From Antedon mediterranea (Eukaryota; Animalia; Echinodermata), in contig NC_092673.1 of NCBI RefSeq assembly GCF_964355755.1, forward strand, positions 28,269,648 through 28,333,647: a DNA stretch of 64,000 bases, written 5' to 3'. The notes under the pieces were generated by a model. The model saw nothing but the letters and a program-made list of their open reading frames with translations. It was not told the DNA's origin and searched no databases. Positions 24,001-38,000 of the stretch are shown piece by piece. Positions within the stretch are counted from its first letter, which is position 1. Each line of letters begins with the position of its first letter. Made by a program: the position numbers and the translations under genes.

Positions 24001-27000
24001 AATGTTTTATACAGTAGCTTATCCAGGGAGGTATTCTCCCTAGCTCATCTATCTATGCCTGTTAAATTAGGCTCTTGGCTGTTACTAATTTGGAGAATCT
24101 GCCACATGAATATTAAATCACTGTCCACACTATCAAACAAAAAAGTGTGATGTTCCAAAAAATGGTGGTGATATGCTTAAATATGGTAGTGATATGACAT
24201 GATCATGTCTATATATGGGCACATCACATTTTTGTCACAAAAGTTTTATAGTGTAGATAGAACATTTCCACCTTTTAACTTTGATCATTCGTCCATTATT
24301 TTATCAAAATATTTTGTCTAGTTTGGGTGGGCATCAAGTCTATTTTAAGTCTACACTATCAAACTAGTTTGAAAAAAAAATGTGATGTACCCAAACATTG
24401 TAGTGATATGCCCAAATATGGGAGTGATATGACAGAGTTTTAGTACCAGAAAGTACCAACTTTTAATCATTGATTTTAAGATTTTCGATAAAATTAAGTC
24501 TTGAGTTAAATCAAGATGTATTGAGGTATACCATTTATGGATTAAATTAAAACAGACTTACGGTACTGCACAGTCAATCCAGGTTGTCTGTAAAAAATAC
24601 CATTATATCAAATAAATCAGGAATAAGAACATATTAAAATGTCCATACAAAATTATTTCTAGAAAATAAAAAACTGCATTCTCACTCCCGAGGACGATCA
24701 AAGTATATTGATTGAAACGTCGAGAAACTCAACAGTTCTTTTCAGAACTAATACACGGGGTGTACCGCAAACTTAATATCAATATTTTAAATATGCAATG
24801 TTGTTGTTTTCCTTTTTCCATATATAATACAGTGCAGCGTTAAAATGAGTAAATAGTGTAAATAGGCCAGCAATAGTAACCCCCTACACCTACCCCTACC
24901 CCTACCCCCTCCTTCTCCTCAAAACTCACCATTGGCAATAGGACTGACCCTCTACAAAAATACCTGCACCGTTGGACCAGGTGCTTTAAAATGTGCATGC
25001 TATGTCAAGGAGCAAAGAAGGGCATCTAGTCAGACACTTTTTTTTTAAAACTTACCGTTTTCTTTTATTTCCCTTAAATTTTACAATGAGCACTAAAACA
25101 GTGAGAGCTACAACAATGAGTACAATTACAATTATAGCAATTGCAGGTACAGGGAAATTGTGTGGATCATCTTCTATGAGACCTATACAAAATGAAGAAT
25201 AGTAATGGTATTATTTACATTGATGGTTAGAATTTTTTTAGACACAGTTCACTCAAAACAAAACTAAAAGGTCCAAAAACCATGGAGGGAACCTCTAACC
25301 CCCCTCTGACCCACAAAACAAACAAAAAAGGTATGAACCATGGGGGCGGTTGAAGTTTAATTACAATTTCTGTAGAATGTGTAGAAGCAAAGTGTATGTG
25401 TGTATTTTTTTTCCAATAATATAGATGACAGTAAATCATAATGTTCACCTAATTCATGATGCATTTGACCGTTAAAAAAGGAAAAAGCATAAAAAAAAAT
25501 TAAATAAATTACTTTCAATGTCCAACTGATACACAGGCATGTCAACCTCTGTATTTCTTTTCAACCGGTCACTTGTAAGAATGAAAATAACGTTGACGAC
25601 ATTCGTTTTTGATGACCATTCTTTCCTGTCTTTAGTCCATTTAACAGCATTGTCATTGCCTTCATCTTTAACTGTTAACTGGTCATCATCTGCAAGATTC
25701 ATGCCTAACAAAGAAAAAATAATAATATAATTAGGGATAATTAATAATTGATGATAATTATTGAGAGCTTTATTGAATACAAAATCCCAGTACATAAACA
25801 ACAAAAACCCCAAAACATGCATCATGCAAATATACAGTAATAGGTCTACCCTATTTAGAAGACAACCCTATTGCGGGGACACCACTATTTAGGAGACACA
25901 CCTATTGCGGGGACACCCCTATTCAGGAGACACCCCTATTGCGGGGACACCCTTATTCAGGAGACACCCCTATTGCGGGGACACCCTTATTCAGGAGACA
26001 CCCCTATTGCGGGACACCCTTATTCAGGAAACACCCCTATTGCGGGGACACCCTTATTCAGGAGACACCCCTATTGCGGGACACCCTTATTCAGGAGACA
26101 CCCCTATTGCGGGGACACCCTTATTCAAAAGACACACCTATTGAGGGGACACCCTTATTCAGAAGACACACCTATTGAGGGGACACCCTTATTCAGAAGA
26201 CACACCTATTGAGGGGACACCCTTATTCAGAAGACACACCTATTGAGGGGACACCCTTATTCAGGAGACACACCTATTGAGGGGACACCCTTATTCAGGA
26301 GACACACCTATTGCGGGACACCCTTATTCAGGAGACACACCTATTGCGGGACACCCTTATTCAGGAGACACACCTATTGAGGGGACACCCTTATTCAGAA
26401 GACACACACCTATTGTGGGGACACCCCTATTGCGGGGACACCCTTATTCAGGAGACACACCTATTGAGGGGACACCCTTATTCAGAAGACACACCTATTG
26501 AGGGGACACCCTTATTCAGGAGACACACCTATTGAGGGGCACCCTTATTCAGAAGACACACCTATTGAGGGGACACCCTTATTCAGAAGACACACGCCTA
26601 TTAAGACACTTGACTGTGAAGTGAAAAAGGGAGAATATATGTTTTAACACTATTGCCAACCCTTATTTAAGGGACACTCCTATTACATTTTGTTTGGTTT
26701 GAAAGTGTCCCCTTAATATGGATTTTACTGTAACAGAAATAATGAATAAATGGTTTCATAAAGTAGTATGTATTACTATTATAAGAAATATACAGTCAAC
26801 CTAGGAATCGAGTGTTTCATATAAATCCAGCACATTTTGATAAAAGGTTAACAAATTATATCACAAAATTAGGTTAAAAATTGAAACCAAAGTTGATTGG
26901 GGTGACCCCATTTTAGTAGCTATAGTAACAGTGCCATCTCATATAGAACTAAGAAAATTGCATTGCTAGATGAAAAAGTATACATCTCATGTTACATACA

Positions 27001-30000
27001 GTATTTATAGTGTTCTCATGTTACATACAGTATTTATAGTGTTGTAGTCTAATTTGTAATCAACTCATTTAAATTGATTTTCATAATTAAATATTATAAC
27101 ATAAATAAATGCATTCAGTTTTAAATAAAACTAATTAATTTAGGAAATTTCTATTCTGGTTTCTATATTCCTTGACTCTGAATTGTTGTGTCAGTCAGTC
27201 CTGGTAGAATTCAGTTGCAACAGCACAACATAGCCTGTTACCAATTGTTTCAAACAAGTCAACTCCTCGAAATTGTAATACAGCTCAGGGTACTGTGCTA
27301 ATGATTTGTGTGAACAACAACTTGATAATTTCTTGAAGGGAATTCACTCTTGCCTGGTTTCTTTTAAGTTTAAGCTTATTAACAAATGTGATTTGTGATT
27401 TCCAGACAAACTACTCCTGTTGAAAAACCCTGTACATATAAAACTCCACTAATGCTGTTGGTAAGGTTATTGAGATACCCATAAAACTCTAAGAGAACAT
27501 GATGTGAAATACCCATGTAAAGTTACCAGTAAAACGCCAAGAGAGCATTTGTATGGTGAGTTTTACAGAGAAGGGGAAATACTAAGTAAAGATACCAGTA
27601 AGACTGAGTAAGCTTACCAAGTATGAATACAACAAGTTCAACATCAACGTTTAGAGCGCCAACAGAGATCCTTGTAATAATATTCTGTTTAGGATTATAT
27701 GCAATGATTACAAACATAATTGTTGTAATCACTTTTTTATCTACTAAAACACTTTGGAGGAAACAGAATGTGTTTATAATATCACTAGCATTGACTGATG
27801 TCATTTCAAGTGGTTCTTTAGCTGTTGAAATTATTTCAGGATTTGAAGAACAAGTTGAGCCATTTTCATTAGAAATGTTTGATCCAGCTTTGACATTTTT
27901 CTCTTCTGGAACTACCTCTCTATTAACCTTGACTGCGGTTGCTGCAGATAGGTATATCGCTTTAGTCTATGCGCCGTTACAATACGATATCATTGTGACT
28001 ATTAAACGGTGCATTGCTGTGTGCACTTTCCTGTGGATTTTACCTTTTTTTTTTTACTTATATGCTGGACTACAAAGAACGTGTTTAGTGTTTATGACTA
28101 GCTATTTTTTAACTTTCTGCATAGTAAGTTATCTGTACTACAACATCTACAAAAGTATAAAGTATCAACACAATGTAATAGTTCAGCAAAACTCACAAGA
28201 ATTAGAACGTTCTAAAAAACTTCTAAAAACATTTTTGATTCTAATTGGAGTCTTTGCCATTTTTTATTCCCCTGCTTTTGTGATTTGCATTTTATTTGGA
28301 GTGAAGTTTTATTCTGATTTGAACAGTCAAAACGTGAGCTTTGCGTACAGTACATTGGTGTTTGCTACGATCAACACCCTCGCTAATCCACTTGTTTACT
28401 GGTGGCGGCTTAAAGACTTTCGTTCTGTTCTTGTTGGATATTTTCATGCTTGCTCTCAAGTGAACCTTAGGCAGAGGTTTAGACAACAATCGAACACTGT
28501 CATCCCAATTAATTAAGGACAAAGATAATTAAAACCTAACTGTTCAAATTAGAGAGTGAGTGAGTGGCCGAGCAGTTACGACAGTTGAACTGTAATTCCG
28601 TAGCCATAACATCTGCAAGGGTTCGAGGCTCACTCGCTCCATGGTTCTGGTGGTAGAACAAGTCTTCTCAGATCAGGACTATAAACTGTAGGTCCAGTGT
28701 ACACATAGCTCATGTGCACTTTAAAGAACCTAGTACATCTTTCGGAAGAGTAGGGGGTTACCACGGTGTACTAGTCCACACAGACACCCACGGTCACATA
28801 CCGGCGACCAAACCGGTAACCATATCAACTCCTTTAAGAGCATGGAGGGTGATTGGCCACCCACAAGGGCGTCGGTTCAGGAGAACCAACAACAGCATCC
28901 AGCAAAAACTCGTGCCAGGTCCAGAAAAGAGATAGGCACCGCTGGGTTGATATGGTATATGCCTGTGTATCGTATCATGATGAGTACTAATGTATCTCAC
29001 CTGCTACACCTCTACGACCACCCAGGACAACGAACGAACTGTTCAAAGACAAAGTTAACTATCAAAAATATAATTTAAGCAAATATTTTTTTTTTTTACG
29101 TACAACCATCAAACAGATATATGACTGCCATTTTGAAGAACCCCAACCCTGTTGGTATCACTTAATTTAATGTCTAGTGAGTTATTATTAGCCCTTTAAC
29201 TTAAAGATATATTGTCCCCCTAAACATTTTTAATTTTTCACATTTTTTATTCACCTAATAGTTATTCACTTTGACCAAAAACTGGATCGAAAAAACAATT
29301 ATTTACCTAAAAAAAGAAATAACTGAAAACAAAAAATACTTAAATTGTCGGACAATGGTTTTTGGTTAAAATTAACTGTTTATTTTGTCTTTTTATAAGT
29401 GAAATAATTATATTTTGGGTTTTTTTTTTTACAAAAGTGAATAACTGCAAAATGGTCTATTTAAAGTCTGATTTTATTAATCTTCATTTTTCATGTTTTT
29501 GGGGAACAATACATCTTTAGATAATATAAAAGGATAAAGTAAGTACAATACCGTTTAGTTTTATTTGGATTTTGTCACTTTCTGTAAAGCTTCTAATCGT
29601 CCAGGAACAGATCTTATCACCTACTGTAACTGTAATTATCATGTTGAAATCCTTATTGCAACTTATGTCATAGGCTGAAAAAAATATTCAATCAAACAAA
29701 GGTCATGTAAGGTCAAATGGGTAAAACATAAAGCTCTGTCTACACTATCAAACTTTATGTGACAACAAAAATGTGATGTGCCCATATATGGACATGATGA
29801 TGTCATATAACTACCATATTTAAGCATATCACTACCATGTTTGGGCACTCACAGTTTTTTTGTTAAACTAATTTGATAGTGTAGACCGAGCTTAAGGCCC
29901 AGGCAATCCAATAATTCACCTAATGTACAGCAGCCTTTAATATACTGCCAAAAACACTGATAAAAATTAGGCTTAGGTAGGAGCGTATAAGGTGTTATAG

Positions 30001-32041
30001 GCTGCTTATGTACTGGTTACTAAGTGTGTCTGGGACGGTGAACAGTCAGCTTAATATAATCTCTATATATAAATAATAAGTGCACTTGGTTTTGTTATCC
30101 AGCATTTTATTTGTAACATTGGAGAAAAAATTGTTTAGTAAAATTGACACACAAAGCTGCAAAAAGAAATATTGCTATCTTACAAAAAGATTCCTCGGTC
30201 TCAATGTAGAACTTGCACATTGTTTTTGTTATTGTTTTTTTGGTTTTTGAAACACTTGTAGTAAAGCGTTGCTTCTCTGTAGGTTTGGTTGGCCTTACAG
30301 TTGAGGTTGACCGACTCACAGTTGAAGTTGACCGACTCGCAGTTGAGATTGAGGGACTCGCAGTTAAAGTTGACTGACTCGTAGTTGAGGTTAGGAGACT
30401 TACAGTTGTGGTTGACCGACTTGCAGTTGACCAACTTGCAGTTGAGGTTGACGGGCTTGCAGTTGAAGTTGACCGACCTGCAGTTGACATTAATGGAACT
30501 GTAAACATTGTAGAATGTTGTGGGTTTGTTGGTATGTTGGTAGTTGTTGTCAATTTGGTAGTTGTTGGTATTTTGGTAGTTGTTTGTATTTTGGTAGTTG
30601 TTTGTATTTTGGTAGTTGTTGGTATGTTGGTTGTTTTTGGTATGTTGGTAGTTGTTGGTATGTTGGTAGTTGTTGGTATTTTGGTTGTTGTTGGTATGTT
30701 GGTAGTTGTTGGTATTTTGGTTGTTGTTAGTATTTTGGTTGTTATTGGTATTTTGGTTGTTGTTGGTATGTTGGTTGTTGTTGGTATGTTGGTAGTTGTT
30801 GGTATTTTGGTAGTTAAATCTGAAATAAATTACCAAAACCTACAATTATTCCCAGATCTATACAGTAGTGAAATAACAAGAACAAATTTCAATCCGTTTT
30901 CATTATGCCACTGACTAGGTATAAGATAAGGTGCCAGTTTTGTACCCCAATGTGTGTGCTATTTTGTTGGTAACATCAACATTATCACAAGCAGTGCATT
31001 AATCTTTGCTTGTCGTGAATTTGTTTTTTATGCATCATTGATTTTATACATTGTGAGGGAGCGCTGTTTGTATAAAATTTTGTATATGGTGGTATGACTA
31101 CACTACCACGGCATTAATGTGTATGATAGAAATAAATTGATAAAAACATTTTTCTTTTCAAGTTTATAATTATGAAATATGTACTATAAACAGTTGGAAG
31201 AACATTTTGCTGTCAAAAGAGCTAGGCCTACTCACATCACTCGTATATCAACATACCTGGGGCTAAAATGCAGCCTGCTGACAGGGAGATGTCATCAATT
31301 GCAATGTCCCCCATAGGTCCATCTGCTGTCGCCCTGATAATAAACTATAAAAACAACAAAGTCTTAAGCTCTGTCTACACTATCAAACTTATGTGACAAA
31401 AAAATGTGCCTATATATGGACATGATTATCTCATATCACTACCATATTTGAGGCCATCACACTTTTTTTTCAAAACTAGTTTGATAGTGTAGATAGAGCT
31501 TTATAGTAATGTACATGTACAGTTGACTCAACTCTAAAGCCTGTTTAGACCCCGCTTAAATCAGCGCCTGAAAACAGGGAGGTGGGAGGTGGTGGATATT
31601 TGGGTAGTTGTCAGAAAATCAATAAAAAGACAATTTGCACATATTTTTTCCAAGCTTTTAAAACTGCAGCCATTCGCAACCTTTGAAATCATACCTGGAA
31701 GTCTGTATTTATAGGTACATTATTATCTGCAGCAGATAACGAAGTATACCTCCAGAAATTTCTGGAGAATCTCTCTGTTTTAAATGTAGGAGATGCAGAA
31801 GTTCTTGTGGATGTTCCAATTTCTAGATGTTCTACATCTTGTCCTTCCATATGAAAATATAAGCGAAGCTGCAAAGGAAAAGTAACTTTTTAATTTGCAT
31901 ACTTTTTTCTGTTATTTTTATTAAAATTAGATCAACTGCAGTAACTCAACTCTCCCTATTTTCCTTTCTTCTTTTTTTAAAATCAAACAATCAGCAAGGG
32001 TTCGAGGCTCACTCGCTCCATTGTTTCTGGTGGTAGAACAA

Positions 32042-32075
<34 letters not shown>

Positions 32076-35000
32076 AGTGTACATCTAGCTCATGCGCACT
32101 TTAAAGAAGCTAGTAAATTTTTCAAGACAAGTAGGGGGTTACCCCGCTGTACTAGTACATCATAGCCACTGATCATAACTGTGACCTCTGGGAGACAAGT
32201 CTTTTACTGAAAAGGTTACCCAGTATAAATAAATAACAAATTCAAAAACAAATTTAGAATACTAGAATATATCCCTAAAAAACAAGTTTCTAAAAATACA
32301 GTATCTGAATTGGATTTTGTTTATATTGCTGGATGATTCGTGTCTCATTCCTTTAAAATGAAATTATTTTAATATGCTAAATAAAATGGGTGAAATACTT
32401 ACATCACACGAGTCACTATAGTACAACCACGGACTCACAAGGTCTGCATAGTCTCCATCATTTGTGTAAGAAGTCTCAAGATAGGCATATGAACCTTTAA
32501 AAAAATATAATTATTATTGAACATTTTTAATGAGGTCGACTCTAAACACTGACAACCCTTTAAATACAAAAAAAGTATGTAAAAGCAACAAAAAATGTAT
32601 TATTTTTATTTATTTATTTCTGTCTTTATTTTTTTATTTTATGTCTCCTATCAGATAGGTGGTAATCCCCTTGATACAGGGGCTATTTTGTGAACCAGTT
32701 CACCGGGGTATTTCCCTACTCTTCTCCAATAAACTGGGTTCTTTAAAGTGCACACAGGTTATAACTGTGTACACTGGACCTACGGTTTATAGTCCTTATC
32801 CGAGAAGACTTGTTCCTCCACCAGAACCCTTGCCGATATTGGCTCTTTAGGTACGGTAAACGGCGCCCCTGCCTTAACCGCTCGGCCATTTGACTCTTGA
32901 GCACTTTTAGTGGATATCATATTTTTTTTGTCACATAAGTTTGATAGTGTAGACAGAGTTTAAGACTTGTACAACATTTGATCTGTGTATGATGCACTAC
33001 ACAGTAAAATATGAAATCTCACCAAACTGGTTTTCAAGTGTATGGTCTACGGATGGTCCTGTGCCCTGTGACGGTGTACCACCAGAATTCATAATCCATT
33101 CCAAGTCGTCTTCTACACTTTGTTTCCAATCACAAAAACCGTTTTCAAATGTGCAATAGCCAACATCTTAACAAAGAAGAATATATATTTATATTTTTAT
33201 TTATTTATTTAACTTCTCACTAAGATGTACATTAGTGAAGGATGGGACCAACAAGTGGTAAACACCTCTAAAACGATACAGTCCAAATTGCACAATTAGT
33301 GTGACAGTGGCTGTGTGTGTGTGTGGACTACCCCCGGGTAACCCCCTACTTGTCTCGTAAGATGTACTAGGTCTTTTAAAGTGCACATGAGCTAGATGCG
33401 TACACTAGACCTACTGTACGATTTATAGTTAATATCCGAGAAGACTGGTTCTACGACCAAAACTTAATTACGGTTCCACTGTCTTAATTAACCGTTCGGC
33501 CACTCACTCACTTCACAGAGCTTCGAACGACCAATGATAAAAATATGTCATTTTCATTCATTGATTGTTCAGGGATATTGTGACCTTTTACAAAAGTATA
33601 CTACTGTATTGTTTGTATAGTGTATGTGATGTTGAGAAACACAAAATGTAACTTACGGTCTTCGCATAGTGTGGCATTCTCATCCGATGCATCAAAGCAA
33701 TGATGAATATGATCACATATGTAATCATAATGAATACAAAGACCATCATCACATGTAAATATTGGCCCTGTCAATTCACATTCATCCGAAGCTAATGAAC
33801 ATAGAATATAGTACTGTTTTAAACTTTTAATGATTCAATTAATGATAGTTATAGCATTTCACAATCAATTACTGTAATTTGTGTAAACACCCAGCTTTGA
33901 ATAAACCCCACTCAACACCCCCCAGGTTGTAATGGTAACGACTCTGTATTTAATTTTTTTCTTTTCTTTAGGCACATGTAGCCAACGATTACAAATAGTA
34001 ATGATCTGCCCTATTAGATAGGTGGTAATCCCCCTGATTTATTCAAATAAATATGGTATTTCCACTGCAGAAGTCAATTTTTTACATTGTATTGTGGGAT
34101 GCTTTCTAAAGTCCTATTACTGTTTAGGTTTTGTGCCTGTGAGTTGTGTAACAATAGTTACATTAGTAAATTGGTCAACTTATCTCAATTTCAAACATAT
34201 TTCACTGTCATCTAAAGTAATTTATTTTTTTGTTTTTATTGTTATTGATATAAATAACTTCTTATTACCTTATTGTTTTTAAGGGTCTCGGTTTAAAAGC
34301 TTTGATTATTTTTAGTTTCCTTTTCCATAACTTTTTGATGACATATTTGTACACATCCTTAGTTTTATGGAATAAATTAATTAAAACCAAGCTTACCAAT
34401 GATACATCCTGGAGTCAGAGATAAATCGTCCAATCCTAAATAACCATTTTCTGTAGTAGGGATAACAGCCTCAAAACACACATGGAAAGATTCAGAGGCA
34501 TTGATACTAATGTCTTCATAGCCCCATTGGCTGTAAGAAGCAAACGTAGACGAGATTGTCCATAAATCCGATGGTGATGTTGTTCGTAGTATTAAACTAA
34601 TTTCTCCTGCAGTCGCAATGTTTCGATAATAATAAAATCGGACCTTAAAAACAAGTATTTTTAAAATATTGACACAAAATAACTAATATTGGATGATGAT
34701 ACATAATGTAAAAAAAATCCTGACAAATCAACAATAAAAAAAACTTTTATTGAAAGAAATATTTATAGAACAGTACTAGAAAAAATACCCACCCTGTTTG
34801 TGGAGTATCAAAAATGTGTATAACAAACAAATGTATAAACCCTTTTCTTTCATATTATATAAATACTAGTTCTTAGCAATCAAAGTAGTGCCTGTTGTTT
34901 TAAGTTTGAAATGTGTGAACAATATCATAATTGCAAACAAAAAAAATTTAATATTTTCTATGATAAAAAATCAAAGCCTGGATAGAATTTCAAATTGAAC

Positions 35001-38000
35001 ATAGAATATAGTAATGTTTTAAACTTTTAACCTTCAATTAATGATGATTAAAATTCGTAAAACACAACTTACAGAGCAATCTATGGAGTTTGCTTCAAAC
35101 TTTCTTTCGTAACAAAGTTGAGCTTTCTTCCCAACATTCGAAGAAGCATCAAGTAAAAGGAAGTAACCAGCTGTAAAAAAGTAATGTAAAATAAAATGTT
35201 AAAATTGTATTGTTTTCAAGAAAAATGAAGATTAATTAAATCAGACTTTGAATAGATTATTTTGTTTGGAAAGTGGAAGTGGAAAATCGGCTTAAGTTAG
35301 GCCATCAATTTCAAGGAAGTTATAACATGAGGGTATAAATCAACAAGAAAAAGTTAGAGAGGGACTATTCCCGATTGGTTGAATAAATATTAAGAAACAA
35401 TAAAATACTCATACTTGTCTGGTCATTGTGATCTGCAGATGGTCCAACGATGGATGATTGACCATATGTTCTTGACCAATCAATTCCATTTGTAACTACA
35501 TTTGCCCATTCACCAAAATCGGTTTGGAAGCTGTTTCTACCAGGATACATTTCTGGAAAAATATCAAAATAAAATTTAATCAATTAAATTAAATTTCATA
35601 GCATCAGTAGATGATGTTGAAGATGATGTTGACAACTATGATGATGTTGACAACAATGATGATGATGTTGACAACAAGGATGATGATGTTGACAACAATG
35701 ATGATGATGTTGACAACAATGATGATGATGTTGACAACAAGGATGATGATGTTGACAACAATGATGATGATGTTGACAACAATGATGATGATGTTGACAA
35801 CAATGATGATGATGTTGACAACAATGATGATGATGTTGACAACAATGATGATGATGTTGACAACTATGATGATGATGTTGACAACTATGATGATGATGTT
35901 GACAACTATGATGATGATGTTGACAACAAGGATGATGATGTTGACAACAATGATGATGATGTTGACAACTATGATGATGATGTTGACAACTGTGATGATG
36001 TTGTTGACAACAATGATGATGATGTTGACAACTATGATGATGATATTGACAACAATGATGATGATGATGTTGACAACAATGATGATGATGTTGACAACAA
36101 TGATGATGATGTTGACAACAATGATGATGATGTTGACAACTATGATGATGATGTTGACAACAACTATGATGATGATGTTGACAACAATGATGATGATGTT
36201 GACAACTATGATGATGATGTTGACAACAATGATGATGATGTTGACAACTATGATGATGATATTGACAACAATGATGATGATGATGTTGACAACTATGATG
36301 TTGACAACAACGATGATGATGATGTTGACAACAATGATGATGATGTTGACAACAATGATGATGATGTTGACAACAAGGATGATGATGTTGACAACAATGA
36401 TGATGATGTTGACAACAATGATGATGATGTTGACAACAATGATGATGATGTTGACAACAATGATGACGATGTTGACAACAATGATGATGATGTTGACAAC
36501 AATGATGATGATGTTGACAACAATGATGATGATGTTGACAACAATGATGATGATGTTGACAACTATGATGATGATGATGTTGACAACAATGATGATGATG
36601 TTGACAACAATGATGATGTTGACAACTATGATGATGATGTTGACAACTATGATGATGATGTTGACAACAATGATGATGATGTTGACAACAATGATGATGA
36701 TGTTGACAACAATGATGATGATGTTGACAACTATGATGATGATGTTGACAACAATGATGATGATGTTGACAACAATGATAATGATGTTGACAACAATGAT
36801 GATGATGATGTTGACAACAATGATGATGATGTTGACAACAATGATGATGACATTTTTTTAAATGATGACAATTATGATGAAAATAATAAATGATTACAAA
36901 GCCTTGAAAAAAACCAAACAGACTTACCACAAATTGACCGTTCTTCATCTGAATTGTCACCACAATTATTTGCAAAATCACATTTTTCGCCCGAGGGGAC
37001 GCAATGGATGTTGTCACAGGGAAAGGCATCATTACCGATGTCCTCACACCGGTCAATGATATCTAAAAATGTATTACAATCATCAGAAAATTAAAATTTT
37101 TTTACTAACTGTACGTGTAATAAAAATGGGCAAATGCTTGAAATAAATGGAACAACAATAATGTTAGAGGCAGTCGGCCCGGCAACCTCAAGCCTCCTGC
37201 CATTTGGTACAGCACTTCAGTTCACCATTTTTAAACCCTGCAACATTTTCAATTCCCATTGGGGTCAATACAAAAAAGGAAAACAGGTACTGTCTTCAAA
37301 ATAACTAAATTTATGTTTAAATATTAGAGGACAGAGAGAAAAAGAAGAGAATATAACGTACCACTACACTTTAAGTTGACAACAGTAGTAGCATCACAAA
37401 TAGTGTTGATGACTCCCACTCCATCATTCCCACAATCCAACAGACTAGTCTCATTTCCGAAACACTGAATGTTATCAATTATTGGGTCTTGATCATCAAA
37501 AACTAGGTACTCAGTTGGACTTGAATCAGCCTTTCGGTACCCCAGTTGAATACAGGCTACAATTCCATCCGTTTCAAGGTCGAAATTACGATTGCAAATG
37601 GAGCGCCAGTTACCATTAATGTAGACGTCAATACGACCTTGGTTGGTGTATGAAGATTGTTGATGTTTGACAATCCGCAGGCTTCCATTCCCTGTACAAA
37701 TTAAAACATTTATAATGATAATAATCAATTTTTAAAAGAACACAACTTTAGGTATTTTCATTAAGGCTATTCTGGAGAAAAATATAAGTATATGATATGA
37801 CGATAAAGTATGATAAGTATAAACAAAAGTATGTCTTAACTTCAATTAATTGACATGACCTAACTTGACCTACGTCGTCATTAAAATATCTATCTCTATA
37901 TTAATCTTTGTCAGACTGGGAAACCTTATCCTGTGGTGTGCCACAAGGTACTAAGCTTGGAGAAATTGTGTTCCGTGCCGCCATCAATGATGCTGTGAAA

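Noticed and set aside
25871-26535. Overlapping GHPYSGDTP-repeat ORFs
   Set aside because: Translations of a minisatellite in shifting frames, with non-ATG starts.
28790-29078. GC-richer stretch with short ORFs after the SINE
   Set aside because: No recognisable protein motif. Probably repeat-derived, but it could not be assigned.
30201-30914. Asn/Gln-rich and Val-rich ORFs
   Set aside because: Alternative frames of the mucin exon repeats. Only the Thr-rich frame is splice-compatible.
35596-37056. 486-aa His/Cys-rich and 416-aa Met/Thr-rich proteins
   Set aside because: Translations of an intronic minisatellite. The LDLa exon is in another frame and splices past the array in phase.
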